Source of the DNA: Alphaproteobacteria bacterium
GTDB lineage: Bacteria; Pseudomonadota; Alphaproteobacteria; SHVV01
Direction of reading: 5' to 3'
Assembly (NCBI GenBank): GCA_965261735.1
Contig: OZ253470.1
Location: forward strand, 1,760,001 to 1,824,000
DNA: 64,000 nt
Position numbers and translations under genes: made by a program
The notes under the pieces: model-generated
Databases searched by the model: none
The model's input: only the letters and a program-made list of their open reading frames with translations
Told to the model about the DNA's origin: nothing
Shown here: in pieces, positions 33,108 through 43,555 of the stretch
Position numbering within the stretch: the first letter of the stretch is position 1
How the letters are laid out: each line of letters opens with the position of its first letter

Positions 33108-34039
33108 GCCGGGCCGAGAGGCGAACGATGGTGATACGCGCTCACCCGGCGCTGAGCTTGAGCCGTCAATGCCGTTTGCTGTCGATCGGACGCTCCTCGC
33201 TCTATTACACGCCCAAGGGCGAGAGCCCGGAGACCCTGGCGCTGATGCGGCGCATTGATGAGTTGTTCCTGAAGTATCCGTTCTACGGCGCCCGTCAGAT
33301 GGTCCGTCATCTACGCCGCGAGGGCGTGCGCGTCGGTCGTCGCCGGGCCGGTCGTCTGATGCGCCTGATGGGGCTTCAGGCGATCTATCGGGCGCCGCGC
33401 ACCAGCGATCCGCATCCCGAGCACCGGGTCTACCCCTATCTGCTCAGAGGCTTGACGATCGAGCGGGCGAACCATGTCTGGTGCGCCGACATCACCTACA
33501 TCCCGGTGCGGCGCGGCTTTCTTTACCTGGTGGCGATCATGGACTGGGCCAACCGGCATGTGCTGGCTTGGCGTCTGTCGAACACCCTGGATGCGGGCTT
33601 CTGCACAGACGCGCTCGACGAGGCGCTGGCCCGCCATGGCACGCCGGAGATCTTCAATACCGACCAGGGCAGCCAGTTCACCGGCTTCGCCTTCACCGGG
33701 CGCTTGCGGGAGACCGGCATCCGGATCTCGATGGACGGCAGGGGCCGGTGCCTGGACAACATCTTCATTGAGCGGCTGTGGCGCTCGCTCAAATACGAGG
33801 CCGTCTATCTGCGCGAGCTCGCCGACGGCTTCGAGGCCCGGCGCGTCATCGGCGAGTGGATCGACTTCTACAACACCGAGAGGCCGCACTCGGCGCTCGG
33901 GGGGGAAACGCCGGCCGAGGCCTACCGCGGCGCCCCGCCTGTGGATATGATGGACAAGCCGCTACGCGCCTTGCCCACATCCCCACAGGCGCAACAACAA
34001 CGGCAAGGAGATCGATGCAAAGGGATTCTGGCGGCATGA
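33104..34039 (+). CDS. IS3 OrfB integrase-like transposase
   Basis: WCADITY, FNTDQGSQF, DNIFIERLWRSLKYE; ATGA overlap with OrfA. Confidence 0.92.
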   Translation: MSRAERRTMVIRAHPALSLSRQCRLLSIGRSSLYYTPKGESPETLALMRRIDELFLKYPFYGARQMVRHLRREGVRVGRRRAGRLMRLMGLQAIYRAPRTSDPHPEHRVYPYLLRGLTIERANHVWCADITYIPVRRGFLYLVAIMDWANRHVLAWRLSNTLDAGFCTDALDEALARHGTPEIFNTDQGSQFTGFAFTGRLRETGIRISMDGRGRCLDNIFIERLWRSLKYEAVYLRELADGFEARRVIGEWIDFYNTERPHSALGGETPAEAYRGAPPVDMMDKPLRALPTSPQAQQQRQGDRCKGILAA

Positions 34040-34448
34040 ACGACAACTGGAATACACCTTAATCAAGCCGCCAAGCTGTCCGACAAACCGAGGCCACCTC
34101 AGAGTTCACCTTCCGCTTCAACAGGCGGTTCTACCCGTTCAACGCCTTCCGCTCATTGCTCGGCATCGCGGGCGACACCTCTGCTCCAACCTATGCCGAG
34201 CTTTACTCGGGAGAGTGGCGGCACCCTACATGTAGCGGTCATGGGCGTTAACCGGATAGGCAAGGATTATCCTTCTATGTTCGTCCCGGGTTATGGACCG
34301 GCCACTCCCTGGCGGGGTCTCCAAGGGCCCGCGATGGGGCCGTAGGCAGACCCTCGGTTCATGAGTACACACCGTAGGTCGAAAGCGGGAGGGACAGCGT
34401 GAGCCGAATCCACCGCTGCGGCGAAGAGATCCGGGCGCGCGCCGGAAT

Positions 34449-35342
34449 TCAGCCGGCCGGCGCGGCGGTGGACGCGAGCGCCTTGTCGGCGCGAATCGCT
34501 GGGATCATGAAGGCGCCCGCGGTGGCGAACATCAACAGGCTGTAGATGCCGCCCGGCACCGACATGGCCGTGTTGCCGAGCAGGGTGACGGCGACGAAAA
34601 TGGCGAGCGTCCCGTTCTGCAGTCCGCATTCGAGCGTGATCGCCGTGCGCTGGCGAACGCCGAGCCCGAAAAGCATGGTTAGGGCAAAAGCGAGCGCCAT
34701 CATGACGAGGTTCAGCGCCAGCGTGACCGGCCCCGCCTGGATGAAGTAGCTCACCAGGTTCGCGCGCTCGCTCAGGATCGCCCCGAGAATGATCAGGACG
34801 AAGAGCACCGTCGCGACGATACGCGCCCGGCGCTCGAAGGCCAGGGCGAACGCCGGGCTAAAGTGGCGTAGCGCCATGCCGAGGGCAACGGGCACGGTGG
34901 TGATGAGGAACACGCCCAGGATCGTCTGCCCGACCGATATCTCGGGCGCCGTCTCGGCGTCCATGAAGAACACGATCGACCCGCCGACGATCAGCGGCAG
35001 CGTGACCACGCCGACGATGCTGATCACCGCGGTGAGAGAGACCGACAGCGCCGTGTCGCCCCGCGCGAGGTGGGTCATCAGGTTCGAGGTGACGCCGCCG
35101 GGACAGGCGGCCAGGATCATCACGCCCACTTTGAGAACCGGGTCCATCGGCCACGCGAGCACGAGTCCAAAGGCAATGGCGGGCAACAGGACGATCTGGC
35201 TGACGGCACCTACGGCGAAATCCTTGGGCCGTACGACGACGCGCTTGAAGTCGTCGAGCACCAGCGCCAGGCCAAGCGAGAACATGATGAAGGCCAGCGA
35301 CACGGGCAGCAGCACTTGGGTTACGACATTGCCGTCTTCCAT
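34449..35342 (-). CDS. Bile acid:sodium symporter (BASS) family transporter
   Basis: IMFSLGL, ACPGGVTSN, ECGLQNGTLA. Confidence 0.9.
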   Translation of the reverse strand: MEDGNVVTQVLLPVSLAFIMFSLGLALVLDDFKRVVVRPKDFAVGAVSQIVLLPAIAFGLVLAWPMDPVLKVGVMILAACPGGVTSNLMTHLARGDTALSVSLTAVISIVGVVTLPLIVGGSIVFFMDAETAPEISVGQTILGVFLITTVPVALGMALRHFSPAFALAFERRARIVATVLFVLIILGAILSERANLVSYFIQAGPVTLALNLVMMALAFALTMLFGLGVRQRTAITLECGLQNGTLAIFVAVTLLGNTAMSVPGGIYSLLMFATAGAFMIPAIRADKALASTAAPAG

Positions 35343-35389
35343 GGTTCGGGTTCCGAATTAAGGGTTGTGCGCCAAAAGGAGCCGCCGCC

Positions 35390-36745
35390 CTACTCCGCCG
35401 CCCGCGCTTGGCACAGGCCGGTGTGGCCACCGTCCTTGACGTAGCGATCGATCAGGTCGCGGCCGGCCTGGCGCAACAGCTCGGCGTCGGCGGCCGCGTC
35501 CGCCGCCTTGGGCACGCGCAGGGCGGTATCGCCCGCATAGCTTGGCATCAGCTTGCCGTCGCGGAACACGTTGGGCGGATCCCTGCCCTCCGCGACCACC
35601 TCGATCGCCTCGCGGATGCCGCGCCGCATCATGGCGACGCCACGGTCGGAGACGCCGAGATGTTCGCGCGCGTGGACCGCTATGGCGCCCTGGCCGATCT
35701 GCGCCTCGTAGTCTCCGGGTTCGCGCTGCATATCCTCGTAGGTACGGCCCGAGGCGTTGAACGTCAGCGCCGGCGCCTCGTCCTTGGTGCGCGGGTTGCT
35801 CTCACCCTCCGGCGTCAGCACCAGGCTCACCTCCATCATGTTGACGTTGTCGATCGGCACCGCCCACAGCATCAGATAGGGGATGCTGTGCAACTCGTCC
35901 TCGCCCTCGGCAAGTTTCGGCGGCCAGGTCGGCATTTGGCCGAGCGCGGCGATGTTGGGCCAGATGTATTCGATGTTGCGCACCCACACCGTCTCGTCGT
36001 CGAGCCGGCGCATCTCCAGCGTCACGATGCTGGTCGGCGTCTCGATGTATTCGGCCTCACCGAGCAACCTCAGGGGCTCGACCACCGTGCCGTCGGGCGT
36101 TGTGAACTGAACCCCGGAGTGCTCCGCGTGCAGCCATTCCTCGTGCTGCGGGTCCACGAAGTTGTCGACGATCTGCAGCCAGTTGCACTCCTTGATGTTC
36201 GGCCCACCGTGCACCTCGCCGCATTCCAGGCGGTAGCCGGGGATGTTGAGGAGGTCGAGCGCCCACAAGTCGGGCATTTGATCGGGCGGTCCCATATAGG
36301 CCCACACGGCGCCCGCGTGTTCGCGCGTCGGGTAGGCGCCGTGATAAAAGCGGTCCTTGAGGGTGCTGCCGGCGGGCTCGAGCGGCGTATCGAGGATGCG
36401 CCCGTCGACGTCGAACTGCCAACCGTGATAACAGCAGCGGATGCCGCGTTCCTCGATACGGCCATATTCGAGCGAGGTGCCACGGTGGCTGCAATGCAGC
36501 TCGAGCAAGCCGATCTCGCCGCGCCCGTCTCGGAACACGACCAGATCCTCGCCCATGATGCGGCGCCGGAGCGGCAGGTCCTTGAGCTCGTGGCTGTAGG
36601 CGACGGGCTGCCAGAAGCGCCGGAGATATTCGCCGCACGGGGTGCCCGGCCCGACGTGTGTGAGGAACGCATCCTCGGACGCCGCGTCGCGCTGCTGATA
36701 GGCCGCGAATGGCTCCTTGATGAATCGGGTCTGGGTCAGGCTCAT
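35390..36745 (-). CDS. Rieske non-heme iron oxygenase, phthalate 4,5-dioxygenase/LigX-like
   Basis: GPGTPCGEYLRRFWQPV, CSH...CCYH Rieske ligands, DNFVDPQH...LH, EHLGVSDRG. Confidence 0.88.
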   Translation of the reverse strand: MSLTQTRFIKEPFAAYQQRDAASEDAFLTHVGPGTPCGEYLRRFWQPVAYSHELKDLPLRRRIMGEDLVVFRDGRGEIGLLELHCSHRGTSLEYGRIEERGIRCCYHGWQFDVDGRILDTPLEPAGSTLKDRFYHGAYPTREHAGAVWAYMGPPDQMPDLWALDLLNIPGYRLECGEVHGGPNIKECNWLQIVDNFVDPQHEEWLHAEHSGVQFTTPDGTVVEPLRLLGEAEYIETPTSIVTLEMRRLDDETVWVRNIEYIWPNIAALGQMPTWPPKLAEGEDELHSIPYLMLWAVPIDNVNMMEVSLVLTPEGESNPRTKDEAPALTFNASGRTYEDMQREPGDYEAQIGQGAIAVHAREHLGVSDRGVAMMRRGIREAIEVVAEGRDPPNVFRDGKLMPSYAGDTALRVPKAADAAADAELLRQAGRDLIDRYVKDGGHTGLCQARAAE

Positions 36746-37087
36746 GCCGATTCTCCCAGCGAAGATGTCGAACTTGGGCCAAGCATCGTAGCCCATTCTG
36801 ACAGTTTGAGACTTCCTCGTCCGGCGAGATCCGCTTGAGAAAATGGATGTGGGGAGGAGAGGCACCAAGCAGGAGAACCAACACTCTCGTGCAAGCGCGG
36901 ACACCGTTGAACGAGTACATGTAGCGCAGTGTCATGCGCTCCGGCTCTCAAGTCCCTTCGATTCCGTCATCAGGAAGGCACATAATAGATACCCATCCAC
37001 TCTGGACTGGAGGATGCGTCAGCGATGTGGCGGTGAGCGGACCCTCGGTTCGTGCGCGCACACCGAATCACTAGAAGGAGGGAGAGG

Positions 37088-38050
37088 GTGAGCCGACCAC
37101 TGCCGTCAGGCGTCGAGCGCGTGGGTGTCGTCGGCACCGGGGTGATCGGCGCCGGGTGGGCCGCCCATTTCCTGCGCCAGGGGATGGACGTGATCGCCTG
37201 GGACCCGGCGCCCGATGCGCCCGCCAAGCTCGCCCGCACCCTCGACCAGGTGTGGCCGACGATGGAGCGGCTCGGCCTCAAACCCGGAGCCAGCCGCGAC
37301 CGCATCACTGTGGCAAACTCGCTCGCGGCGCTGGCGGACGAGGCCCAGGTCGTGCAGGAGAGCGCGCCCGAGAACCTGGAGGTGAAGATCGACCTCCTCG
37401 CCGAGCTCGACGCGGCGGCGCCGCCGGAGGTCGTCCTGATCTCCAGCACCTCCGGCTTCGCCATGTCGGACATGCAGGTGCGCTGCCGCCATCCCGGGCG
37501 CACCGTCGTCGGCCATCCGTTCAATCCACCCTATCTCATGCCGTTGGTCGAGGTGGTGGGGGGCGCACGGAGCGACCCCGAGGTCGTCGACTGGGCGGTC
37601 GCGTTCTATCAATCCATCGACCGGCGCGCGCTCAGGATGGCGCGTGAGCTACCCGGTTTCGTCGCCAACCGGCTGCAGGAGGCGCTGTGGCGCGAGGCGC
37701 TGCACATGGTGGCGGCGGGCGAGGCCACCGTCGAAGAGATCGACGCCGCGATCGTCGATGGACCTGGCCTGCGCTGGGCCATCATGGGGCCTTGCCTCAC
37801 CTTTCACCTCGCCGGCGGCGAGGGCGGCATGGCGCACATGCTCGATCATTTCGGGCCCGCCCTGCTCGAGCCGTGGACGCGGCTCGAGGCCCCCGAACTC
37901 ACGCCGGATTTACGCGATCGCATGGTCGCCGGCTGCGAGGACGAAGCCGGCGCACGCAGCGTGGCCGATCTCATCGCCGAGCGCGACGACGGCTTGATTC
38001 GCATTATGGGGGCGCTGGCCGAGAGCCGCCGCCGCGGGAGCGGCAGCTAG
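37088..38050 (+). CDS. lcdH: L-carnitine dehydrogenase (3-hydroxyacyl-CoA dehydrogenase family)
   Basis: GTGVIGAGW, QESAPE, GHPFNPPYL, RLQEALWREALH, GGMAHMLDHFGPAL..PWTRLEAPELT. Confidence 0.8.
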   Translation: MSRPLPSGVERVGVVGTGVIGAGWAAHFLRQGMDVIAWDPAPDAPAKLARTLDQVWPTMERLGLKPGASRDRITVANSLAALADEAQVVQESAPENLEVKIDLLAELDAAAPPEVVLISSTSGFAMSDMQVRCRHPGRTVVGHPFNPPYLMPLVEVVGGARSDPEVVDWAVAFYQSIDRRALRMARELPGFVANRLQEALWREALHMVAAGEATVEEIDAAIVDGPGLRWAIMGPCLTFHLAGGEGGMAHMLDHFGPALLEPWTRLEAPELTPDLRDRMVAGCEDEAGARSVADLIAERDDGLIRIMGALAESRRRGSGS

Positions 38051-38070
38051 GGCCTTCGCGCGCGCGGAGA

Positions 38071-38856
38071 TCAGCGCCCGCGCCAGATCGGCGGGCGCTT
38101 TTCGGCAAACGCGCGCGGCCCCTCGCGCGCATCCTCCGAGCCCAGCATGCGCGCATACGCGGGAAGGCTGCCTCCGCGCTGCAGGGCAAAGCCCTGCTCG
38201 ACGCTGAGCGTTTCGCTGGCGCGGATGACCTCCTTGAGGGCGGCCCCGGCGAGTGGCGCCGACGCCGCGACCTTCTCGGCCAAGGCTCGCGCCGCGGCCG
38301 CGAGCTCGGCCGCCGGGACGACGGCATTGACGAGCCCCCACCGCGCCGCCTCCCCCGCCGACATGCGCCGGCCCGTGAGCAGCATCTCCATGGCGATGGC
38401 CGGTGGTAGGCGGCGCGGCAGGCGCAGCGCCCCACCGGCATCGGGAATAATGCCGATCGTGACTTCGGGCAGGAAGAACTCGGCATGTTCGGCGGCAACG
38501 ATGAGGTCGCAGGCGAGCGCGAGCTCAAACCCGCCACCCGCTGCGATGCCATTGACGGCGGCGATGATGGGCTTGTCGAGATCGAACATCTGGGTCAGTC
38601 CGGCGAACCCCCCGGGGCCGTGATCGGCATCCACAGCCTCGCCCGAGGCGGCCGCCTTGAGGTCCCAACCGGCGGAGAAAAAGCGATCGCCCGCGCCGGT
38701 GACGATGGCGACGGCAAGTGCCGCATCGTCACGGAAGGCGGCGAAGGCCTCGCCCAACGCCCGGCTCGTCGCCATGTCGATGGCGTTGGCCTTGGGTCGA
38801 TCGAGGGTGATCTCGAGCACCTTGCCGTAACGCTCGCTGTGCAGCACGTCTCTCAT
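38071..38856 (-). CDS. caiD: Carnitinyl-CoA dehydratase-like enoyl-CoA hydratase
   Basis: [49 protein letters not shown]. Confidence 0.8.
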   Translation of the reverse strand: MRDVLHSERYGKVLEITLDRPKANAIDMATSRALGEAFAAFRDDAALAVAIVTGAGDRFFSAGWDLKAAASGEAVDADHGPGGFAGLTQMFDLDKPIIAAVNGIAAGGGFELALACDLIVAAEHAEFFLPEVTIGIIPDAGGALRLPRRLPPAIAMEMLLTGRRMSAGEAARWGLVNAVVPAAELAAAARALAEKVAASAPLAGAALKEVIRASETLSVEQGFALQRGGSLPAYARMLGSEDAREGPRAFAEKRPPIWRGR

Positions 38857-38878
38857 ATCCGGACGTCTATGCGCGGGC

Positions 38879-40039
38879 TCACCCTTCGTAGCGCCGCAGC
38901 AGCGCGCGCGAGATGATGTGGCGCTGAATTTCGCTGGTGCCGTCCCAGATGCGCTCGACTCGGGCGTCGCGCCAGAAGCGCTGGATCGGAAGCTCGTCCA
39001 TCAGGCCCATGCCTCCGAAGATCTGGACCGTGTGGTCGGTGACGCGGCCCAACGTCTCCGAGGCGTAGAGCTTGGCCATCGCCGCATCGGCGTTCGTCAT
39101 CGTCCCCTGGTCGAGCTTCCAGGCCACGTTCAGCGTCAGCAGCTCCGCCGCCGCGATCTCGGTGGCCATGTCCGCGAGCTTGAACGAGGTGCCCTGGAAG
39201 CGGCCGATCGGTTGGCCGAACTGGCGCCGGGTGGCGGCCCATTCCGCGGCCATTTCAAGCGCCCGCTGGGCACGGCCGACGCACATCGCGGCGACCGAGA
39301 GCCGGCTTGCCGCGAGCCATTCGTTGGCCAGCTCCAGGCCTTTGCCCTCCTCGCCCAAGATTTGGCGCGCGTTCACGCGACACTCGGTGAAAACGAGCTC
39401 GCAGTGGTGGTAACCGCGGTGCGACAGCGCGCGGGCGCGGCGGTTTACCTCTAGCCCGGGCGTGTCCTTGTCGACGAGAAAGCACGTGATCCGCTTGCCC
39501 GCCGCGTCGGCCGGGTCGTCGGTGCCGGTGACCACGAACAGGATGATGAAATCGGCGACATCGGCGTGGCTGATGAAGTGTTTGGTGCCGGTAATGAGGT
39601 AGTCCGCACCCTCCTTGACCGCGCGCGTCGTCATGGCCCGCAGGTCCGAGCCTGCGCCGGGCTCAGTCAGCGCCAGGCAGTCGACCCTTTCGCCGCGCAC
39701 GCAGGGCGCGAGGTAGCGCTCGATCTGGTCGCCGGTACACGCGCACAGGATGTTGCTCGGCCGACCGACGAACACCTGCAACGCGAACGAGGGCCGCCCG
39801 AGCTCGCGCTCCATCAATGCCATCGACACCGCATCGAGCCCACCCCCGCCGTGAGCCGCCGGTATGTTGGCCGCATAGAACCCCTGCGCAACTGCCTTAT
39901 CGCGAATGGCGTTCGCGATGTTCACCGGCACCTCGTCGCGGCGCTCGACCTCGGCCTCGTGGGGATAGAGTTCCCGCTCCACGAAGGCGCGCACGCTGTC
40001 GACCAGAAGTTGCTGCTCCGCGGTGGGTTCGAAGTTCAC
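38879..40039 (-). CDS. Acyl-CoA dehydrogenase (probable gamma-butyrobetainyl-CoA dehydrogenase)
   Basis: [37 protein letters not shown]; carnitine gene context. Confidence 0.85.
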   Translation of the reverse strand: MNFEPTAEQQLLVDSVRAFVERELYPHEAEVERRDEVPVNIANAIRDKAVAQGFYAANIPAAHGGGGLDAVSMALMERELGRPSFALQVFVGRPSNILCACTGDQIERYLAPCVRGERVDCLALTEPGAGSDLRAMTTRAVKEGADYLITGTKHFISHADVADFIILFVVTGTDDPADAAGKRITCFLVDKDTPGLEVNRRARALSHRGYHHCELVFTECRVNARQILGEEGKGLELANEWLAASRLSVAAMCVGRAQRALEMAAEWAATRRQFGQPIGRFQGTSFKLADMATEIAAAELLTLNVAWKLDQGTMTNADAAMAKLYASETLGRVTDHTVQIFGGMGLMDELPIQRFWRDARVERIWDGTSEIQRHIISRALLRRYEG

Positions 40040-40070
40040 GACGTTCCTCCGATTGGCCCGGTAGCGGCGC

Positions 40071-42155
40071 TCAGTCCGCCAGGCAGATCATCGCATCGAC
40101 CGCGACGGCGCCCTCGCCGAGCGCGAGCACCGCCAGGGGGTTGACGTCGAGCGCTATCAGGCGGTCGCCGAAGTCGAGGGCCATGGCGGCGATGGCCTCT
40201 ATCGCGTCGAGCGCGGCCGCACGGTCGCCTGGTGGACCGCCGCGAAAGCCGGTGAGCAAATACGACACCCTGAGCGTATCGAGCGCCTCGCCGATCGCGC
40301 CCCGCTCGGTCGGTAGCAACAGGGTGCGGCTGTCCGCGACTAGATTGACCAACACGCCGCCGCAGCCGATGACGAGCGCCATGCCGAACCGCGGATCGCG
40401 TGTGACGCTGACGATCAATTCCACCGTCGCTCCGACGACCATTCGCTCGATGAGATAGCGGTCCGCCGCGTGCGCGGACCCGGCGAGCGCGGCGTCGATG
40501 TCGGTGACGGCTCGCGCTACCGCATCGCGCGCGTGAAGGTCGAGTCGGATCGCATCCACCTCGGTCTTGTGGACGAGCGTCTCGGCGACTGCCTTCACGA
40601 CGACCGGAAAGCCGATCTGGTCCGCTGCGTCCGCGGCGTCCGCGGCGCTCGCCAGCTGGCCCTCGGGGACTCCCACGCCGAAGGCGGCCAGCCAGCGCTT
40701 GCCCTCATGTTCGCCGAGGATGCGGCGTGTGGCCGGCAGTGGATTCGGCTCGGGCAGGCGGAGCCCGCCGGTGCCACCTCGGGCCGCAATCGCGCGGCGC
40801 TTGTCCGCGTACCAGGCGGCACCGCCGAGGGCGGCGCGCAGCTCATCGAGGCCCTGGAGTGGCGCGATCCCCTCCGCCATCAGCCGCTCGCGCGCGGTCC
40901 GCGGCAACCCCTCGGGCAGGGTGCTCGCGACCACGGCCCGCCGCCCGGTGCGCCGCTTCGCCGCGATGAAGGCGTCGCACGCGACGTCCCAATCGGCGCC
41001 GCCCTCGCGCGGATAATCGAGGATCAGCAGGGTCTGCTCGACCTCGCCCTCCATCATCGTGCTGAAGCAGCGCTCGAGGCCGGGCGCATCGCCCCACAGG
41101 GGGTTGTTGTAGTCGAGCGGATTGGAGATGGCCGCGAACGAGGCGAGCTGCTCGCGGAACGCGTCGGTCTGGCCGTCCAACAGCGGCGGAATCTCGAGCC
41201 CCGCGCGGGCGGCGAGGTCGGCCACCAGGGCGGCATCGCCGCCCGACGCGGTGAGCACGCCGAGGCGGCGTCCCTGCGGCGGGCCCGATATCGCCAGCAG
41301 CTTGAGCGTCTCCAGGAGCGCCGGGAGCGAGCCCACGCTGACGATTGCGAGGCGGTCGAACAGGGCCTGGTAGAGCTCTTCCGGGCCCGACAGAGCGGTG
41401 GTGTGGCTTAACGTCATCTGGGCGCCGATCTCTGACGTGCCGACCTTGAGGGCCACAATCGGTACGCCCTTGTCGATGGCCGCCGCGGCCGCGGCCGCAA
41501 ATCCGGGGATATCGCCAAGGCCCTCGAGGTAGAGCCCGATGGCGGTAACCCGCGGGTCCTCGAGCAGTACGCCTAAGTAGTCGGAGAGATCGAGGACCGC
41601 CTGGTTGCCGACGCTGATGACGTAAGCCAGTGGTACCGACCTGTCGTTCCAGGTGAGATTGAGTCCGACATTGCCGCTCTGCGAGAGGATGGCGACGCCG
41701 CGCTCGGCTCGCGCACCACCGTGAGGCGCCGGAAACAGGGCCACCCCGTCGAGGTAGTTGAGCAGGCCGTAGCAGTTGGGGCCGACCAGAGCCAGTGCGC
41801 CCGAGGCCGCCACCAGCTCGGCCTGAAGGGCCACGCCATCGCCACCGGCCTCGGCAAAACCCGCGGCATAGCAGATGCAGCCGCCCGCGCCCCGCGCCGC
41901 CAAGGCGGTCACGACGGCAACGGTTGCCTCGCGCGGGACCCCAACGAAGGCGGCATCGGGCGCGGCGGGCAGCGCCTCGATGCTGGGGTAGCAGCGGTGT
42001 CCCGCGATCTCGGGGTGCGTCGGATTGACGACCCACGTCTCGCCTTGAAAGCCCATCATCCGGCACTGGCGCACGGCGTCGGCCACGCCGCGTCCGCCGA
42101 CGAACGCAATGTGCCGCGGGTTGAGTAGCCGTTTGAGGTTGTCCCGCCGCTCCAT
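40071..42155 (-). CDS. NDP-forming acyl-CoA synthetase (probable gamma-butyrobetaine--CoA ligase)
   Basis: VGPNCYG, SQSGN, SHT phospho-His motif, NPLD, HKTE, DVNPL. Confidence 0.85.
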   Translation of the reverse strand: MERRDNLKRLLNPRHIAFVGGRGVADAVRQCRMMGFQGETWVVNPTHPEIAGHRCYPSIEALPAAPDAAFVGVPREATVAVVTALAARGAGGCICYAAGFAEAGGDGVALQAELVAASGALALVGPNCYGLLNYLDGVALFPAPHGGARAERGVAILSQSGNVGLNLTWNDRSVPLAYVISVGNQAVLDLSDYLGVLLEDPRVTAIGLYLEGLGDIPGFAAAAAAAIDKGVPIVALKVGTSEIGAQMTLSHTTALSGPEELYQALFDRLAIVSVGSLPALLETLKLLAISGPPQGRRLGVLTASGGDAALVADLAARAGLEIPPLLDGQTDAFREQLASFAAISNPLDYNNPLWGDAPGLERCFSTMMEGEVEQTLLILDYPREGGADWDVACDAFIAAKRRTGRRAVVASTLPEGLPRTARERLMAEGIAPLQGLDELRAALGGAAWYADKRRAIAARGGTGGLRLPEPNPLPATRRILGEHEGKRWLAAFGVGVPEGQLASAADAADAADQIGFPVVVKAVAETLVHKTEVDAIRLDLHARDAVARAVTDIDAALAGSAHAADRYLIERMVVGATVELIVSVTRDPRFGMALVIGCGGVLVNLVADSRTLLLPTERGAIGEALDTLRVSYLLTGFRGGPPGDRAAALDAIEAIAAMALDFGDRLIALDVNPLAVLALGEGAVAVDAMICLAD

Positions 42156-42355
42156 CGTCGCCGCCCCGGGCCTTGGAAGGGGGCTGTTCGCGATCGCTCG
42201 CTTCAATGCCGAGCGCCTCGACTCGCGTCGCCTTCTTCTACCAGAACCGGTGTCCGAAATCCCTTACTCTCCTAGGGATACGGGCAAGAATATGTTCTTT
42301 TTTCGCAAATCTTTGTGTACAATAATCGGCAGCGTTTCCTGTCGGCGTACGTCAA

Positions 42356-43517
42356 CATGTCCAGCGGCCTCGTACGAGGGGAGGGACCCCGGGCCTATCC
42401 GGCCCATCGCCGGATCGCGACGGCTATTTGCGGCGAGCGATCGGTCCACGTCAACGTGGGATGACGGCTGCGAGACAATTGTGGGTGCGCCGCGTGCTGG
42501 CACCCGCTTACGCACGAGCGCACCTTCGATCTTCTGTCGGTCCCGGATGACCTCGATCCGGTAGCGGTGGACATCACCGAGGCCGGTGCGCTGTGGGTGA
42601 CGTGGCGCGGCGATGGGCACGAAAGCGAGTACGATCCGGCGTGGCTGAGGCAGTACGGCTGTTCCGCCGAAGCCCGCGCGGAGAGCGAACCGGGCGTCAT
42701 TCTGTGGGCGGCGGAGCTGGCCGAGGGCCTGCCCACGGTGACGTACGAGGAGGTCGTCGCGGACGCCCCGGGTCTACTGCGGTGGCTCTACATGTTGCGC
42801 GACCACGGCGTCGCCTTGATGCGCGAGGCGCCCGTTGATCCCAAGGTCGTGGTGAGCCTCGCGCGGCGCATCGCCTACCCGCGGCGGACGAATTTCGGGG
42901 TTCAGTTCAAGGTGGTCTCGCGGGCGCGGCCCAACAGCAACGCCTACACTGCGCTCGCCACGCCGGCGCACGTCGACCTGCCGTACTATCGGAATTCTCC
43001 CGGCTATCAATTCCTGCTTTGCCTCGAGAATTCCGCCGACGGCGGCGAGTCGGTCTTTGTCGACGGCTTCAGCGTTGCGGAGACTCTGCGCCGCGAGGAT
43101 GGGGCGGCCTTCGACCTGCTCGCCCGAGTGCCGCTCGAGTTTCGATTTCGCGACTACGGCCAGGACATGCACTTCCTGAGCCCCGCGATCGTCCTCAACG
43201 CCGGCGGCGAGCTCGAGGCGATTCGTTTCAACATGGGAGTCATGGGCCTGGGGAGCGCACCGGCCGAACTGATGGATGATCTGTACCGCGCCCATCGCAA
43301 GTTCGCCGCGTTGATCCGCGATCCGCGGTTCGAGGTGCGCCTGCGGCTTGCGCCCGGCGAGTTGATCGCCTTCGACAACCGGCGCGTTCTGCACGGGCGC
43401 GGTGCGTTCGACCCGGCTTCGGGGCGGCGGCGCCTACAGAGATGCTACGTCGATGGCGACGAATTGCTCAGTCGTATTCGCACCCTGGAGCGTCGCCTCG
43501 CCGCCCGCTTGGACTAA
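42356..43517 (+). pseudogene. Gamma-butyrobetaine dioxygenase (TauD/BBOX family), N-terminus disrupted (5' limit approximate)
   Basis: LRDNCGCAACWHPLTHER Zn-domain motif in frame with HVD and FDNRRVLHGR, but preceded by in-frame TGA; TWDDG lies in another frame near 42455-42468. Confidence 0.75.
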
Positions 43518-43555
43518 CCGAGCGGGCTGGCCCACCCGGCCGCTCACCGCATAAA

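Larger units (their letters stand above)
32760..34101 (+). mobile_element. IS3-family insertion sequence, complete
   Basis: TG...CA ends TGAGGTGGCCCCGGAAAATCGGACAG / CTGTCCGACAAACCGAGGCCACCTCA; 3-bp TSD GAG. Confidence 0.95.
32053..34250 (+). pseudogene. IS1595 transposase pseudogene
   Basis: Internal deletion/frameshift near 32240 and IS3 insertion at 32760; C-terminus resumes after the duplicated GAG at 34102-34104. Confidence 0.85.
31970..34275 (+). mobile_element. IS1595-family element, degraded and interrupted by IS3 (exact ends +/-3 nt)
   Basis: About 34-bp inverted ends GAAG(A/G)ATAATCCTTGCCTATCCGGTT...CCCA; transposase Zn-ribbon CPHCG, EVDETW, TDDWSGY, HLQAYLNE|FTFRFNRR. Confidence 0.85.

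Noticed and set aside
35390-36745. Carnitine monooxygenase CntA
   Set aside because: Motifs are of the phthalate dioxygenase/LigX type and no CntB reductase is adjacent
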